Positions 47,383-56,739 of a DNA stretch of 64,000 nt are shown piece by piece. The stretch lies in the IMG/VR virus record IMGVR_UViG_3300028596_000001. One strand, given 5' to 3'. A program made the position numbers and the translations under genes. This stretch comes from a virus (Duplodnaviria; Caudoviricetes). The number at the start of each line of letters is the position of its first letter. The first letter of the stretch is position 1. The notes beneath the pieces were generated by a model. The model was given only the letters and a program-made list of their open reading frames with translations. It was not told the origin of the DNA and did not search any database.

Positions 47383-48711
47383 TTATCGACAGAAACCGTT
47401 GTAAGGTACCAGTGCAGTCTTTTCTTTCTCGCCTACGAACCAGTACTTGTCCGAGGGTTTCAGCTTGGCCGTGCCGAACTCACCTTTCGTGAAGTTCTTA
47501 CGCCACCATTTGTTCTTGGCTTCGTCGTAACCCAGAACAGTAAGCGTGTCGCCAGGCAACTTGAGCTCGGTAACTTCTGTTACTCCGCCTTCATCAACCA
47601 GGTGATATCCGAATAGGGATTTGAAGGGATACGTGTAATAACGTTTACCTTCGAGCTGCCCGCCAGCGAAGTCAACTGAGCAGTTAGCTACAACGGTGTA
47701 ACGACCAACTTGCATTTTGGTCAGCCCCCATTGCCACAGGCCATAGCCAATAGCAGCCAGGATGATCAAAGCAAGAGGCCAGAAAATTAGCCGACGGATC
47801 TTCTTCTTGCGTTTTTCTTCTTGCACACGTTCGAGTGCCGCCAGAGCCAGAATAGCCGGATCCTGAGAAACTTCGCCTTCCTGTGGATTCAATTGCTCTA
47901 CATGTTGCTTAAGCGCATCGATAAACTCAGGGACGGTGAGGTCTTTGTTAGCCAGCAGGGCACCACGAATGTTGCCTTGACGTACGTGTTCTTTGCTACC
48001 TGGGCGCGGCGGCGCCTGGAGCGGGTCACCGGTCAAGAAATTCCCGCCGCGAGGCCATTCGCCGGTACGTGGCCACGGAGTATCAGGCTGCACCCCACGA
48101 GTGAATTTGGAGTAGATCTTGTGCTCGTCGAAGTAGTTCATCAGGGTCAAGTAGTGACTGTACATGTACCCTTGTCGAGCCTCTTCATCCATAGGCCCGA
48201 CTTCTTGAACGAACACACCGTCACCCTGGTACTTCAACCCAGGCATGAGCTTCTCGATTCCGGCGATATGCTCAGGCGCCAGACCGAGTTCGGTAGTGAT
48301 GCGCATTTGATGATTGTTTTCTTTACGACCCATAGCTACTCGCGTTGATGGTGCATCAGATCCAAAATGCATGTGCTCATCAATTTGATCCAACGCTTTG
48401 AGGTTAATGACAGAACCATCCGGCAACCACTGGACGATACCGCCGATGTCGGTGATCTCCCAACGACAGGCAATGGCGACATCACCGGTATCCAACCACG
48501 TCCAGCCTTCCCCACGACGAACGTAATACCGCATCCCCTGCTTGAGGATGTCACCCTCTACTGCCCCAGGAATTACAAACCCCATCTGGGCTTCTGGTTC
48601 CGGTCGAGGAGTCTTAACCGGAGGCATTGCCGTTCCCACCGCTACATCTGGCAGACCAGGAATAGCGCTCTCCAAAACAGTTGTATCGTCAGTACCATTA
48701 TTATCTTTCAT
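47383..48711 (-). CDS. Membrane-anchored protein with probable periplasmic C-terminal domain
   Basis: KRKKKIRR followed by TM LIFWPLALIILAAIGYGLWQW; C-terminal beta domain with two Cys. Confidence 0.7.
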   Translation of the reverse strand: MKDNNGTDDTTVLESAIPGLPDVAVGTAMPPVKTPRPEPEAQMGFVIPGAVEGDILKQGMRYYVRRGEGWTWLDTGDVAIACRWEITDIGGIVQWLPDGSVINLKALDQIDEHMHFGSDAPSTRVAMGRKENNHQMRITTELGLAPEHIAGIEKLMPGLKYQGDGVFVQEVGPMDEEARQGYMYSHYLTLMNYFDEHKIYSKFTRGVQPDTPWPRTGEWPRGGNFLTGDPLQAPPRPGSKEHVRQGNIRGALLANKDLTVPEFIDALKQHVEQLNPQEGEVSQDPAILALAALERVQEEKRKKKIRRLIFWPLALIILAAIGYGLWQWGLTKMQVGRYTVVANCSVDFAGGQLEGKRYYTYPFKSLFGYHLVDEGGVTEVTELKLPGDTLTVLGYDEAKNKWWRKNFTKGEFGTAKLKPSDKYWFVGEKEKTALVPYNGFCR

Positions 48712-48742
48712 GCAGCCCCCATTACAAATTAAATAAACCTAA

Positions 48743-48770
48743 CCCTACCTGCCCCCGGGGACAGATAGGG
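48743..48770 (-). terminator. Hairpin
   Basis: Minus strand ccctatctgtccc-cg-ggggcaggtaggg, then T-rich. Confidence 0.7.
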
Positions 48771-48776
48771 CCAGAT

Positions 48777-49331
48777 TCAACTTACCAACCGAGTACGTTT
48801 AAAAGGTATGCTGATACGTTTATCAGGCTGGTCCATGTCTCGGAAGTACAGAACAGCGTGACTGGTAGTCGGCGAGAAGTCCTTGTTGACGTACAACATG
48901 TAGTTCTTACCGTCCACCGGTACCGGCAGGTGTGGCCGCAGATGCATCAACACGTAGTTGAAGATCCGCAGATACTTGTGCTCGTAGAACTCGTCGATGA
49001 TCGCTGCAATACGCGGACCTACCTGGCAACCGAACAATTCGGGTTTCTGCTCAGTGCGGGCACGGTGTTGGCAAACAAAGATCAACTGTGAGTCTACGTC
49101 TTCGTTGTTGAGGAATTTCTTGATTGGTGTTTCTGGATTGTGGATCATTTCGATCAGGCAGTCCAGGCCGAACAAGAATTCACGAATAAGGTATTTTGCA
49201 TCCCGCCCAAAAATGTCTACCAACTCCTGGGTCAACTCCGGACCGAATACTTGGTCGTAGTAATTCTTGGTGATAGCCCCCAACAGGTGATGCCCGTGGA
49301 AACTAGCTTCCATCTTCTTAGCCCCTTTCAT
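48777..49331 (-). CDS. Hypothetical protein (paralog of 49400..49966)
   Basis: Shared EF..GLD and [VL]DG[KR] segments. Confidence 0.65.
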   Translation of the reverse strand: MKGAKKMEASFHGHHLLGAITKNYYDQVFGPELTQELVDIFGRDAKYLIREFLFGLDCLIEMIHNPETPIKKFLNNEDVDSQLIFVCQHRARTEQKPELFGCQVGPRIAAIIDEFYEHKYLRIFNYVLMHLRPHLPVPVDGKNYMLYVNKDFSPTTSHAVLYFRDMDQPDKRISIPFKRTRLVS

Positions 49332-49399
49332 AAAGGTCGCCTCTACTAAAACTGTTTAACGTCTCCCCCTAGTAATGTAGCTTTGAATATGTGTAGAAG

Positions 49400-49966
49400 T
49401 TAAATAGCACCAGCCATCTGAATGACCGAACGTCTTGCCCCCGCTGCCTGGAGACTCTTGCCCAAACGATTCAGGAAGAAAGGCAGTTTAAGAACCTTGT
49501 GCTCTGTAACGTCCACATACTCAAAAACTGCAAACATGGGGTGTGGTGTTTTGATCTCTAATCGCAATTTGCACTTACGCCCGTCCAGCGTGAACTCAAG
49601 CTGGTTATTACCCACAGCGTGCATAACCCGGAAGAATACGTTTAAATAATCCTGCTTAAGAAACTCGCCAATAGCTGCCCATGTAACCGGACCCACTGAC
49701 TTTATTTTCCAGGTAAAGTCATTCTTGTGGAGTTTACATTTGTTAAAGACGCGATTAGCCTCGGTGCGCACCGAGTAGGTATCGTGGGTTTCCAGAATAC
49801 GGTTGGACTTGAAATGTTCGCTTTCGGTGATCTCGTGCATGTGATCCAAACCGTAAACAAATTCTGGAAGCATTTTGATCGGCAGCAATCCGTTAACAAA
49901 AATGCTCGAGATGTCATCCGACAAGTAAGCGGCATGACGATCGTAATACTCTTGAAGGGTTTCCAT
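49400..49966 (-). CDS. Hypothetical protein (paralog of 48777..49331)
   Basis: Shared EF..GLD and [VL]DG[KR] segments. Confidence 0.65.
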   Translation of the reverse strand: METLQEYYDRHAAYLSDDISSIFVNGLLPIKMLPEFVYGLDHMHEITESEHFKSNRILETHDTYSVRTEANRVFNKCKLHKNDFTWKIKSVGPVTWAAIGEFLKQDYLNVFFRVMHAVGNNQLEFTLDGRKCKLRLEIKTPHPMFAVFEYVDVTEHKVLKLPFFLNRLGKSLQAAGARRSVIQMAGAI

Positions 49967-50041
49967 TACCACAATTCCTTTATGCGTAAATGCGCAATAT
50001 ATTAGCAGGTTTGTTATATTTTACCAAAATGCAGCCATAAC

Positions 50042-50071
50042 CCTACCCTAACCCGTTAAGGTTAGGGTAGG
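50042..50071. terminator. Hairpin, 12-bp stem, loop CGTTAA
   Basis: cctaccctaacc-cgttaa-ggttagggtagg. Confidence 0.8.
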
Positions 50072-50081
50072 TGGCTACTAA

Positions 50082-50666
50082 TTAAACGTTTTCAGCATCC
50101 AGCTGACCGTAGTCAGTTTCTGGGATGATGACTACCGGCGCGGTACCAGCTACCCATTCCAGGGTACCTTCGAAGGTATCGCCAACCAGGACAGCGGTGG
50201 TGCCACCTGGAGCAACGGTAACGGTCGGGATATCGTATTTCAGGTTGGCACGCAGCATTGCTTCTACTGCGGCCGGAATACCTGCTTCTTCGATACCCGC
50301 GGCGATGACGATACCGACTTTGACGTCAGGACCATCAACGTAGGAGTACAAGCCGGCTTCGGTCTGCGCTTCGAGAGCATTCAGATCAGCCAGGGCTTCG
50401 GTGTTCTTCAGGGTATACAGTTCCAGGTCGGTTGCGGCAGGTGCCGGAGTCCAGGACTGGTTGATACCGCGGAAGTTACGCGAAACCGAAGTAACGGTGG
50501 AAGAACGACGGGTGTCACCGTCGGTTTTGACGATAGCGCTGATAGTTACATCAGCGAAAGTCAGATCGGTGAACAACGCCAAATAAGTTGGGTTGCTCTG
50601 ATAACGATCCAGGTTAAAACTGAGGAAGCGTTCGAAGAACAGTTCCAAGTGCTGTTTAGCAGCCAT
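50082..50666 (-). CDS. Probable virion protein, paralog of 27965..28543
   Basis: ELFFERFLSFNLDRYQSNPTYLA vs ELFLKRFIEVNVEVYKDDPAFVA. Confidence 0.65.
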   Translation of the reverse strand: MAAKQHLELFFERFLSFNLDRYQSNPTYLALFTDLTFADVTISAIVKTDGDTRRSSTVTSVSRNFRGINQSWTPAPAATDLELYTLKNTEALADLNALEAQTEAGLYSYVDGPDVKVGIVIAAGIEEAGIPAAVEAMLRANLKYDIPTVTVAPGGTTAVLVGDTFEGTLEWVAGTAPVVIIPETDYGQLDAENV

Positions 50667-50719
50667 GACACACCCCTTTGTGAGTACCTTACCCAGACAA
50701 AGTGTCTAGGTATAAGATC

Positions 50720-50923
50720 TCACTGGTATATCAATGTCAGCACTACACCAATAGGCAAAGTTGCCAGGAAACACGTGTTGCGACTAAAATTAGTCAGTAG
50801 TACTAGTCCGGACAAAGCCAATGCAAAAAGATAAGGCCCCTTCATCTGAATAGCGTAACCGACAATCATCCAGAATGTAAGGAACCACTTATCTTCCCAC
50901 AACAATCTCATACGTTCAGTCAT
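50720..50923 (-). CDS. Small two-TM membrane protein
   Basis: 67 aa hydrophobic, GGAG RBS. Confidence 0.55.
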   Translation of the reverse strand: MTERMRLLWEDKWFLTFWMIVGYAIQMKGPYLFALALSGLVLLTNFSRNTCFLATLPIGVVLTLIYQ

Positions 50924-50939
50924 TTAAACTCCCTAACTA

Positions 50940-50963
50940 CTGGGAGGAGTTTCCCCCTCCCGG
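50940..50963 (-). terminator. Hairpin downstream of chaperonin
   Basis: Minus strand ccgggagggg-gaaa-ctcctcccag. Confidence 0.6.
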
Positions 50964-50975
50964 CAGTCTTACTTA

Positions 50976-52643
50976 TTAATTGCCCAGGCTAACAGAGTCC
51001 AGTTTGTTGCTGACCATGATGCTCGACATGTTCGCCAGGATCTTGGCAGTCTGCATACCACCTTTCAGAGCGGTGATGGACGCGTAGGCCGTGTCGTAGA
51101 TCCCGAGTTCTTCAGGCTGGCCACGACGACCGGTTGCCAGATCGAGTACATCTTTCTGCTCGTTGGCGTCCTGGAAGATACCTTCCATGAGGATTTCGTT
51201 TTGCTTGTGCGCAACGTCGATAACCCCACCGAGGATAGCCTTCCATTCGTTCGGGAACCAGATGGTTTCCGGGCCGGCGACTTCCTGCTCCACGAGCACC
51301 GCTACGGTGTCCATTGCCTTGATGAGGGTAGTACCAACCCCAGGCACGATACCGTTCACCAGCGCGCTCTTGACCGCCTTGATGACGTCTTCGAAACGGT
51401 CCTTACGTTCCTTCACGTCAGATTCGGTTTCGCCACCGACCCAGATGGTGATTACCTTACCGGTCATATTCCGGATACGGGTTTCGTCGAAACGAGCACG
51501 ACGGTTGAAACGGTTCAGTCCGTCATAGTTACCCAGCGCTTCACTGATCTCTTCCACACGCTCAACGATACGCGCCTTGGCTGCTTCACCAGGTTCGAAG
51601 ATCGAACGTACGTTGTTGGTAGTGAGCGGATCGGTAACCATGGTGATGTCGGTGTGCAGTACCTGGTCCAGGTTGGCGAACATAGGAACACCGAACATGA
51701 TAGCCAGGTCTTGCATCATCAGGCTCCCTACCGAGCCACCAGCACCGTTTACACGGCAACCGACGAACTGCATGTTCAGAGGAACCTGTTGCTGGGCTGC
51801 CCGCTGTTGCAGAGCGCCGTTGAAAGCGATCACCACGTTGTCCATGTTGGTCTCGATCGAACGAGTGATCAACAGGACCGTGACCAGACCTTCTTCGTGT
51901 TTGACGTCCTTGAAATGTTCCAGTACCGCGAACAGATCTTTCGGATCGTTACCACGAATGTAGTCATCGACGATTACCGGAATATAACGATCATAGGTAA
52001 CCTGGGTACGGTTCTTACCGGCATACAGCGGGTTGCTGTAGACGATGCCCAGATTCAGACCGTCGGTACGCACGACTTTGTCTTCGGCTTCCACACCGTG
52101 AACCAGTTCGATTGATGGGAACGAGTCTTCGTTTTCACGATACAGGTTCACCACCAGCGACGACAGCTTGACGTCGTTGTTCGACGAGGTGCGGGCCATG
52201 TCGTACAGGCGCTTGTCAGACACGTCGATGTGGATGGTGTTGTTCTGGAGCTCGGTGATCCACATCTGGCAGAGCTTGTCGATGAAAGCTTGTTCCTGGT
52301 AGGTATCGAACTCGCGATACAGCTTGAACAGTTCAGCCATCAGCAACGTGGTAGTGGTGGTACCGTCACCGCACTCTTCATCGGTCTTGATCGGTGCTTC
52401 GGTAGCCACCTTGTTGACCAGCTCTTTACGCGGGTCATTGAACTTGATGGAACGGGCAACGGTTACCCCGTCTTTGGTGACCTTGGGTTTGGTACCAGTG
52501 CTGATGACCGCCAGCTTACCGTTTGGGCCCATGGTCGCTACTACGGCCTTACGTACATCTTCGACCACTTCCGACACCAGTTCACCAGTTTGGGCGATGG
52601 TCAGGAAATCAACAATACCAGTGCTATTATCAAAACCGCGCAT
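50976..52643 (-). CDS. groEL: Phage chaperonin (GroEL-like, phage EL gp146 type)
   Basis: TMGPNG, TKDGVTVARSI, EECGDGTTT, VGGETESDVKERKDRFED, GIVPG.G, GIYDTAYASITAL; no GGM tail. Confidence 0.95.
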   Translation of the reverse strand: MRGFDNSTGIVDFLTIAQTGELVSEVVEDVRKAVVATMGPNGKLAVISTGTKPKVTKDGVTVARSIKFNDPRKELVNKVATEAPIKTDEECGDGTTTTTLLMAELFKLYREFDTYQEQAFIDKLCQMWITELQNNTIHIDVSDKRLYDMARTSSNNDVKLSSLVVNLYRENEDSFPSIELVHGVEAEDKVVRTDGLNLGIVYSNPLYAGKNRTQVTYDRYIPVIVDDYIRGNDPKDLFAVLEHFKDVKHEEGLVTVLLITRSIETNMDNVVIAFNGALQQRAAQQQVPLNMQFVGCRVNGAGGSVGSLMMQDLAIMFGVPMFANLDQVLHTDITMVTDPLTTNNVRSIFEPGEAAKARIVERVEEISEALGNYDGLNRFNRRARFDETRIRNMTGKVITIWVGGETESDVKERKDRFEDVIKAVKSALVNGIVPGVGTTLIKAMDTVAVLVEQEVAGPETIWFPNEWKAILGGVIDVAHKQNEILMEGIFQDANEQKDVLDLATGRRGQPEELGIYDTAYASITALKGGMQTAKILANMSSIMVSNKLDSVSLGN

Positions 52644-52696
52644 TACGAGTACTCCAACTAATAAAAGAATTCTTTAATGTGCCTCTGCACACTATA

Positions 52697-52711
52697 GTAA
52701 TATAGGCTTCA
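52697..52711 (-). promoter_or_regulatory. Early promoter motif (TGAAGCCTATATTAC) upstream of chaperonin
   Basis: Exact TATATTAC core with conserved flank. Confidence 0.7.
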
Positions 52712-52712
52712 G

Positions 52713-53336
52713 TTATTTCTCAGCCGCATCGAATACTTCGCGTTCAAAGAACTTACGAAGCTGATGAATAGCTGCAATAGCTTTACCTACACCCTTAACT
52801 AACTCGTCGATCTGCTTAGCAGAACGGTTGGCCAGATCATGCCGACCAGCATAGGGCACGGGCACCCAAATGACGATGGTCTTGTGGCAATCACCGATGC
52901 TGACACTGCCGGTACCGTTCCGCTCCAGGTTGTAGGAGACCAGACCGGTGTAGCGACTGTCTTCTGGATTCAGCCAGTGCTTGGCCACTACCGGATCTTT
53001 CTCCTCCTTCCCCCAACCTTTATACAGCTTGAGGAACTCCTTGAGCGTGTCTTGTAGCAGTTGTAGCTTGCTTTCCTGCTTGACCAAACCCACGTCGTCA
53101 TCGATGTTGTGCAGGTGGACACGCACGCCGTCGATACCGATGTTCAGATGTCCATCCCAACTATAGTTGTAGTTCTCTGGAGCACCTTTCTTACGCTTCT
53201 CGTCGCTGATACGACAACTGGCGGTGAAACAGTAGTCCCAGTACGAAGTAGCCAGCGGATTAGTCGTACTGACGAACTCACGACCAATAACCGTTAACTG
53301 ATCAAAGCAAACTGTGCCTTTATCATAACCTTTCAT
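52713..53336 (-). CDS. Hypothetical protein with internal two-fold repeat
   Basis: 207 aa; REF...NP...Y..NIG vs KHWLNP...Y..SIGDC. Confidence 0.65.
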   Translation of the reverse strand: MKGYDKGTVCFDQLTVIGREFVSTTNPLATSYWDYCFTASCRISDEKRKKGAPENYNYSWDGHLNIGIDGVRVHLHNIDDDVGLVKQESKLQLLQDTLKEFLKLYKGWGKEEKDPVVAKHWLNPEDSRYTGLVSYNLERNGTGSVSIGDCHKTIVIWVPVPYAGRHDLANRSAKQIDELVKGVGKAIAAIHQLRKFFEREVFDAAEK

Positions 53337-53369
53337 AACAGTTGCCTCAAAAATACAAAAAGATGAAAA

Positions 53370-53400
53370 CTAACCTCTACCTTATTCGGGTAGAGGTTAG
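53370..53400 (-). terminator. Hairpin, 12-bp stem
   Basis: ctaacctctacc-ttattcg-ggtagaggttag with T-run on minus strand. Confidence 0.8.
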
Positions 53401-53410
53401 AATTTACTTA

Positions 53411-53680
53411 TTACGCTGCCTTCCGTACGAGGTAGTAGGTACCCTTGCGGTCCACGAACTTGTAGTCGGCTTTGCCCTCGATCGGACCCATCGCTACCAT
53501 AGCCTCGATCTTCGAACCGAGGTTGAAGGCATTGTGGACCTTGCCCAGGACGTCGTCGGTAGTGAGGGCGTTGTCACCTACGTCTTTGACGATACGCACA
53601 CCCTCGGCGCCTTTCACTTGTTCCATCAGCCGCTTGAATTCAGCAGTGCCCAGCTTTTGTTGTACTTTGATAGTAGCCAT
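53411..53680 (-). CDS. Small hypothetical protein
   Basis: 89 aa, AAGGAG RBS. Confidence 0.7.
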   Translation of the reverse strand: MATIKVQQKLGTAEFKRLMEQVKGAEGVRIVKDVGDNALTTDDVLGKVHNAFNLGSKIEAMVAMGPIEGKADYKFVDRKGTYYLVRKAA

Positions 53681-53689
53681 TGTGGCTCC

Positions 53690-53956
53690 TTAGAAATAAT
53701 GGAAGAGGCAAATAACCGCGTAGATACCCAGATAAACCCAACCGATCTTGTACAGCACGTGGAGTCTTGCTAATAGCTTGACCTCTTGGGTCTCCTTCAT
53801 CTGGAAACCTTTACGACTAACCATATGAAGGAACACAATGCTAGGCCCACCAGACTGTTGGATGATGATGTCCACCAAAATGTTCCTGATAACCAAACGG
53901 TAGATTATCATCCAGACGACAAGCGCCCCGGTCAGGATATGGATACCGACCATCAT
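53690..53956 (-). CDS. Small membrane protein
   Basis: Two hydrophobic helices; ATGA overlap. Confidence 0.6.
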   Translation of the reverse strand: MMVGIHILTGALVVWMIIYRLVIRNILVDIIIQQSGGPSIVFLHMVSRKGFQMKETQEVKLLARLHVLYKIGWVYLGIYAVICLFHYF

Positions 53957-54351
53957 TCGACCAGCCTTTTAACGAAGTCTACCAACTTCTGCAAGTCGTA
54001 AACCTGGAAGTTGTCTGGCATCATCCCGGTGATGTCGAACTCCTCTTCACCATTACGGTAGAACACCTGGATGCCACGGTGGCGTTCGACGTACATGTAG
54101 AACCGACCACCCTTGTCGTCCGGGTTTTCTTTGTCTGCGTGGATAGTGACATCCGCGAACGAGTTACCCAGGCAGTAGGTGTAGGTGATCGACCCCAGTT
54201 TGTCGAAGATCGTGCCAAAGCTGGTCTTGTGGCCGTAAGCTTCTTTGTCCCAGACGAACTTGTTGTCCTGCACCATTGTCAGCCAACGCAGGAAGACATC
54301 TTGCTCTGCCATGGTTGGGGTGTGAGTTACTTCTGCTGCTGTTGTTGTCAT
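53953..54351 (-). CDS. Hypothetical protein
   Basis: 132 aa, GGAG RBS. Confidence 0.65.
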   Translation of the reverse strand: MTTTAAEVTHTPTMAEQDVFLRWLTMVQDNKFVWDKEAYGHKTSFGTIFDKLGSITYTYCLGNSFADVTIHADKENPDDKGGRFYMYVERHRGIQVFYRNGEEEFDITGMMPDNFQVYDLQKLVDFVKRLVE

Positions 54352-54365
54352 TACCGATTACTCCA

Positions 54366-54581
54366 TTAATACGAAAGGTTTGAGAAGGTACCCCAAGTGA
54401 TGATTACCTGCATGGTAAACAAACAACCTAGAACTACCTTCCCCCAGAAATCTTCCCGCCGAAAGAACTTAGTATAAGTCTTCGGTGAAAAATTGTACCC
54501 AATGTAACGATGCAACCACAACCGCACCAGGAAAACATAAACGGCAGTCAGTGCCATTAACCCAAGGTGGAAGTAGAGCAC
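54366..54581 (-). CDS. Small two-TM membrane protein
   Basis: 71 aa, GTG start, GGAG RBS. Confidence 0.6.
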   Translation of the reverse strand: MLYFHLGLMALTAVYVFLVRLWLHRYIGYNFSPKTYTKFFRREDFWGKVVLGCLFTMQVIITWGTFSNLSY

Positions 54582-54590
54582 GTTTACTCC

Positions 54591-55355
54591 TTATTTGAAA
54601 TGGCCACGTTTAATGGCTTCGGTAGTAATAGCCACACAACGGGCAAAGTCTTTGTGGGACAACAACCGTTTAACTCGGTGGATCTGGTCCATATACTCGA
54701 ACGCACCCCCGCGTTGAACTGCGGCCAGACGGAAGTCTTTGTAGTACTGGTGGTCCTTGAACTCGGCGAAGTCTTTGTCAAAGTCGCCCTCGTATGTAGA
54801 CAAGTAAGGTTCGTGTTCGGTAGCCAGTCGTAGGATCGGTCGCACATCGATTGGCCTGGCCACCCCGCTCTTCTCGCACACCGGAATCTTTGGGACATCC
54901 CAGAGTACGTTAATTGGAATACCTGCCCAGACGTCATCAGTCAAGTGCTCCAAGAACTCCCCACGGTTCAACGGGTCCTCGCAGGAGAGATCTCCTGGAT
55001 CTTCACCGAACTGCACCGGTAACTGAATTGCCCAGTTGAGGAGTTCTTCACCGAAGTACAGGGCCTCACTTGGGTCACTACCTTGCTGGTGACGGCCCCA
55101 GGCTTCCACTACTTGCAAGAAACCAGCAAAGGTACAACGACCGAAAGCATTGATGAGGTCATCAGCCATTTTGTAAGCAGGGGCCATGCGATCAGAACAA
55201 GCCTTCCGACAGACCAGATCGCTGGCGATCATCATGGTGTCGCCACCGTAAGCCTGCACCACGATGGACACCTGTTCAAACAGATCCCGAGCAATTGGGT
55301 TTTTACGGATCAGTTCGATTTCTTCAACGATGTTTTTATCATATTTACGAGACAT
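54591..55355 (-). CDS. Hypothetical protein
   Basis: 254 aa in packed operon. Confidence 0.65.
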   Translation of the reverse strand: MSRKYDKNIVEEIELIRKNPIARDLFEQVSIVVQAYGGDTMMIASDLVCRKACSDRMAPAYKMADDLINAFGRCTFAGFLQVVEAWGRHQQGSDPSEALYFGEELLNWAIQLPVQFGEDPGDLSCEDPLNRGEFLEHLTDDVWAGIPINVLWDVPKIPVCEKSGVARPIDVRPILRLATEHEPYLSTYEGDFDKDFAEFKDHQYYKDFRLAAVQRGGAFEYMDQIHRVKRLLSHKDFARCVAITTEAIKRGHFK

Positions 55356-55827
55356 GGCCTTTCACCATTTCCAAATATCGAACAAAGTCTTCGGCAACTT
55401 TAGCAGCTACCGCCCAACCAGCTTCACGATTGAACTCTGGCGTAACCTTCCAGTGTAGGTTCCATACCGGGAACCAGAAATGTTTGCCGGTCTTCGGGTG
55501 CGGCTGCTTGAGGAAGTTGATCCGCGACGTCTGGGTGATACCCATGAGGTGTTGCTGTTCCCCTAGGTGGTGACGGAACAAGCGCGACAGCTCGTCGATA
55601 TGGTCTGGATCACGCACACCGATCATGATGTACGGTTCATCCCACCCGCTGTTGTCATCATGACCTTGGCAGGACCAGAGGGTAACCAGTTCCGGTGACT
55701 TGTTGATTGCCAATACCAGAGACTGGATCTTTTCGTCAATGGCAGACAAAGGCAGGTGATCAGCCCGATTACGCATCACACGGAAATCAGTTGCGTGCAT
55801 GCGGTGGTTCTTGTTGAATACAGTCAT
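55345..55827 (-). CDS. TYW3-like (wybutosine methyltransferase fold) phage protein
   Basis: IDEKIQSLVLAIN....T.WSCQGH matches TYW3 N-terminal D..I..L...IN....T.SSC.G pattern. Confidence 0.5.
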   Translation of the reverse strand: MTVFNKNHRMHATDFRVMRNRADHLPLSAIDEKIQSLVLAINKSPELVTLWSCQGHDDNSGWDEPYIMIGVRDPDHIDELSRLFRHHLGEQQHLMGITQTSRINFLKQPHPKTGKHFWFPVWNLHWKVTPEFNREAGWAVAAKVAEDFVRYLEMVKGHVS

Positions 55828-55837
55828 TACTGAGCCC

Positions 55838-56041
55838 TTAATAAAGAGTTCTTGAAATTAAATAGCCAGCCACTAGTGCCAAAGAAATCACCAGTGAACC
55901 GCTAAACAAAGAAAACATACACAGCTGTAGATCGGTTAGCTTGCCCAGTATGTATTGACCACGATACGTACCGAACCAGCCGACAAACCACAGTACTACT
56001 AACACAGTGAAGCAGCTAAACATCACATCTAACCAGTCCAT
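55838..56041 (-). CDS. Small two-TM membrane protein
   Basis: 67 aa hydrophobic. Confidence 0.55.
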   Translation of the reverse strand: MDWLDVMFSCFTVLVVLWFVGWFGTYRGQYILGKLTDLQLCMFSLFSGSLVISLALVAGYLISRTLY

Positions 56042-56059
56042 GTCGGCACCTATTCGATG

Positions 56060-56107
56060 TTAGTTACCAAGGAGTCCTAACGAACCCCATCCGGTTACAT
56101 TACCCAT
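56060..56107 (-). CDS. Possible 15-aa peptide MGNVTGWGSLGLLGN
   Basis: GAGGA RBS at normal spacing; lies in operon gap. Confidence 0.3.
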   Translation of the reverse strand: MGNVTGWGSLGLLGN

Positions 56108-56268
56108 TACACAATCCTCAAATAAACATTGGTTGGTCTTTGGGGACTAACAATCCCTTATGGAACTGCAACGTCTCACCCACTCGCAGATTATTCTGCC
56201 CAGCCTTTATGAAAAATAAAAGGGTCCCACATGCAATGACTGCACCGGAACCCCTTATCGCCTTTACC

Positions 56269-56739
56269 TTAAAAGACGTAAACCGGGAGAGAATCAGATA
56301 CTCCTCTCTGGCTAGTTCTAAGTATCGACTTGGAAGGAGCATCGACAACCTCTTCTTTGAAGTTGCAGTCCCGGAAGACTGCTTTATCTTGGAAGATGGT
56401 GTCGGAATCGTTCTCGATCGAACTTATTCCAACCTCCCGATCCCCCTTCTCATTCACATAGAGATAGAGGACCTTGTTAAATTTATCCGTGTGGTAAGTG
56501 ATGGCCAGCCCATCCAAACCTACCCAACCCGGATTAACGGTGTCGTACTTATCGCCGTTGTACATTACGTACTCGGAGGTCAGATCAAACACCGTTTCTT
56601 GCTGTACGGTTTGGATCTCGTGGAAATCCTCAGCCCGATCGGTGAAACCGTATTGCTTGCAAACGAGGGAATCGTCGGCTACAGCAGAGTTAGCCAACAA
56701 AGCCAGAGAACAAACTACAACACTGAACATCCCTTTCAC
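56269..56739 (-). CDS. Secreted/periplasmic protein
   Basis: Signal peptide MKGMFSVVVCSLALLANSAVA; ATGA overlap. Confidence 0.7.
   Translation of the reverse strand: MKGMFSVVVCSLALLANSAVADDSLVCKQYGFTDRAEDFHEIQTVQQETVFDLTSEYVMYNGDKYDTVNPGWVGLDGLAITYHTDKFNKVLYLYVNEKGDREVGISSIENDSDTIFQDKAVFRDCNFKEEVVDAPSKSILRTSQRGVSDSLPVYVF

Noticed and set aside
49994-50001. TATATTGC on the minus strand as an early promoter
   Set aside because: One core mismatch and lacks the conserved CC/RR flank; possible but unsupported.
53411-53680. 89-aa ORF near groEL as a possible GroES
   Set aside because: No GroES motifs (PL.DRV, mobile loop GGI.L) and separated by a terminator and another gene.
56118-56348. 76-aa ORF in the gap
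   Set aside because: Overlaps 56269..56739 by 80 bp with no convincing RBS; left uncalled.
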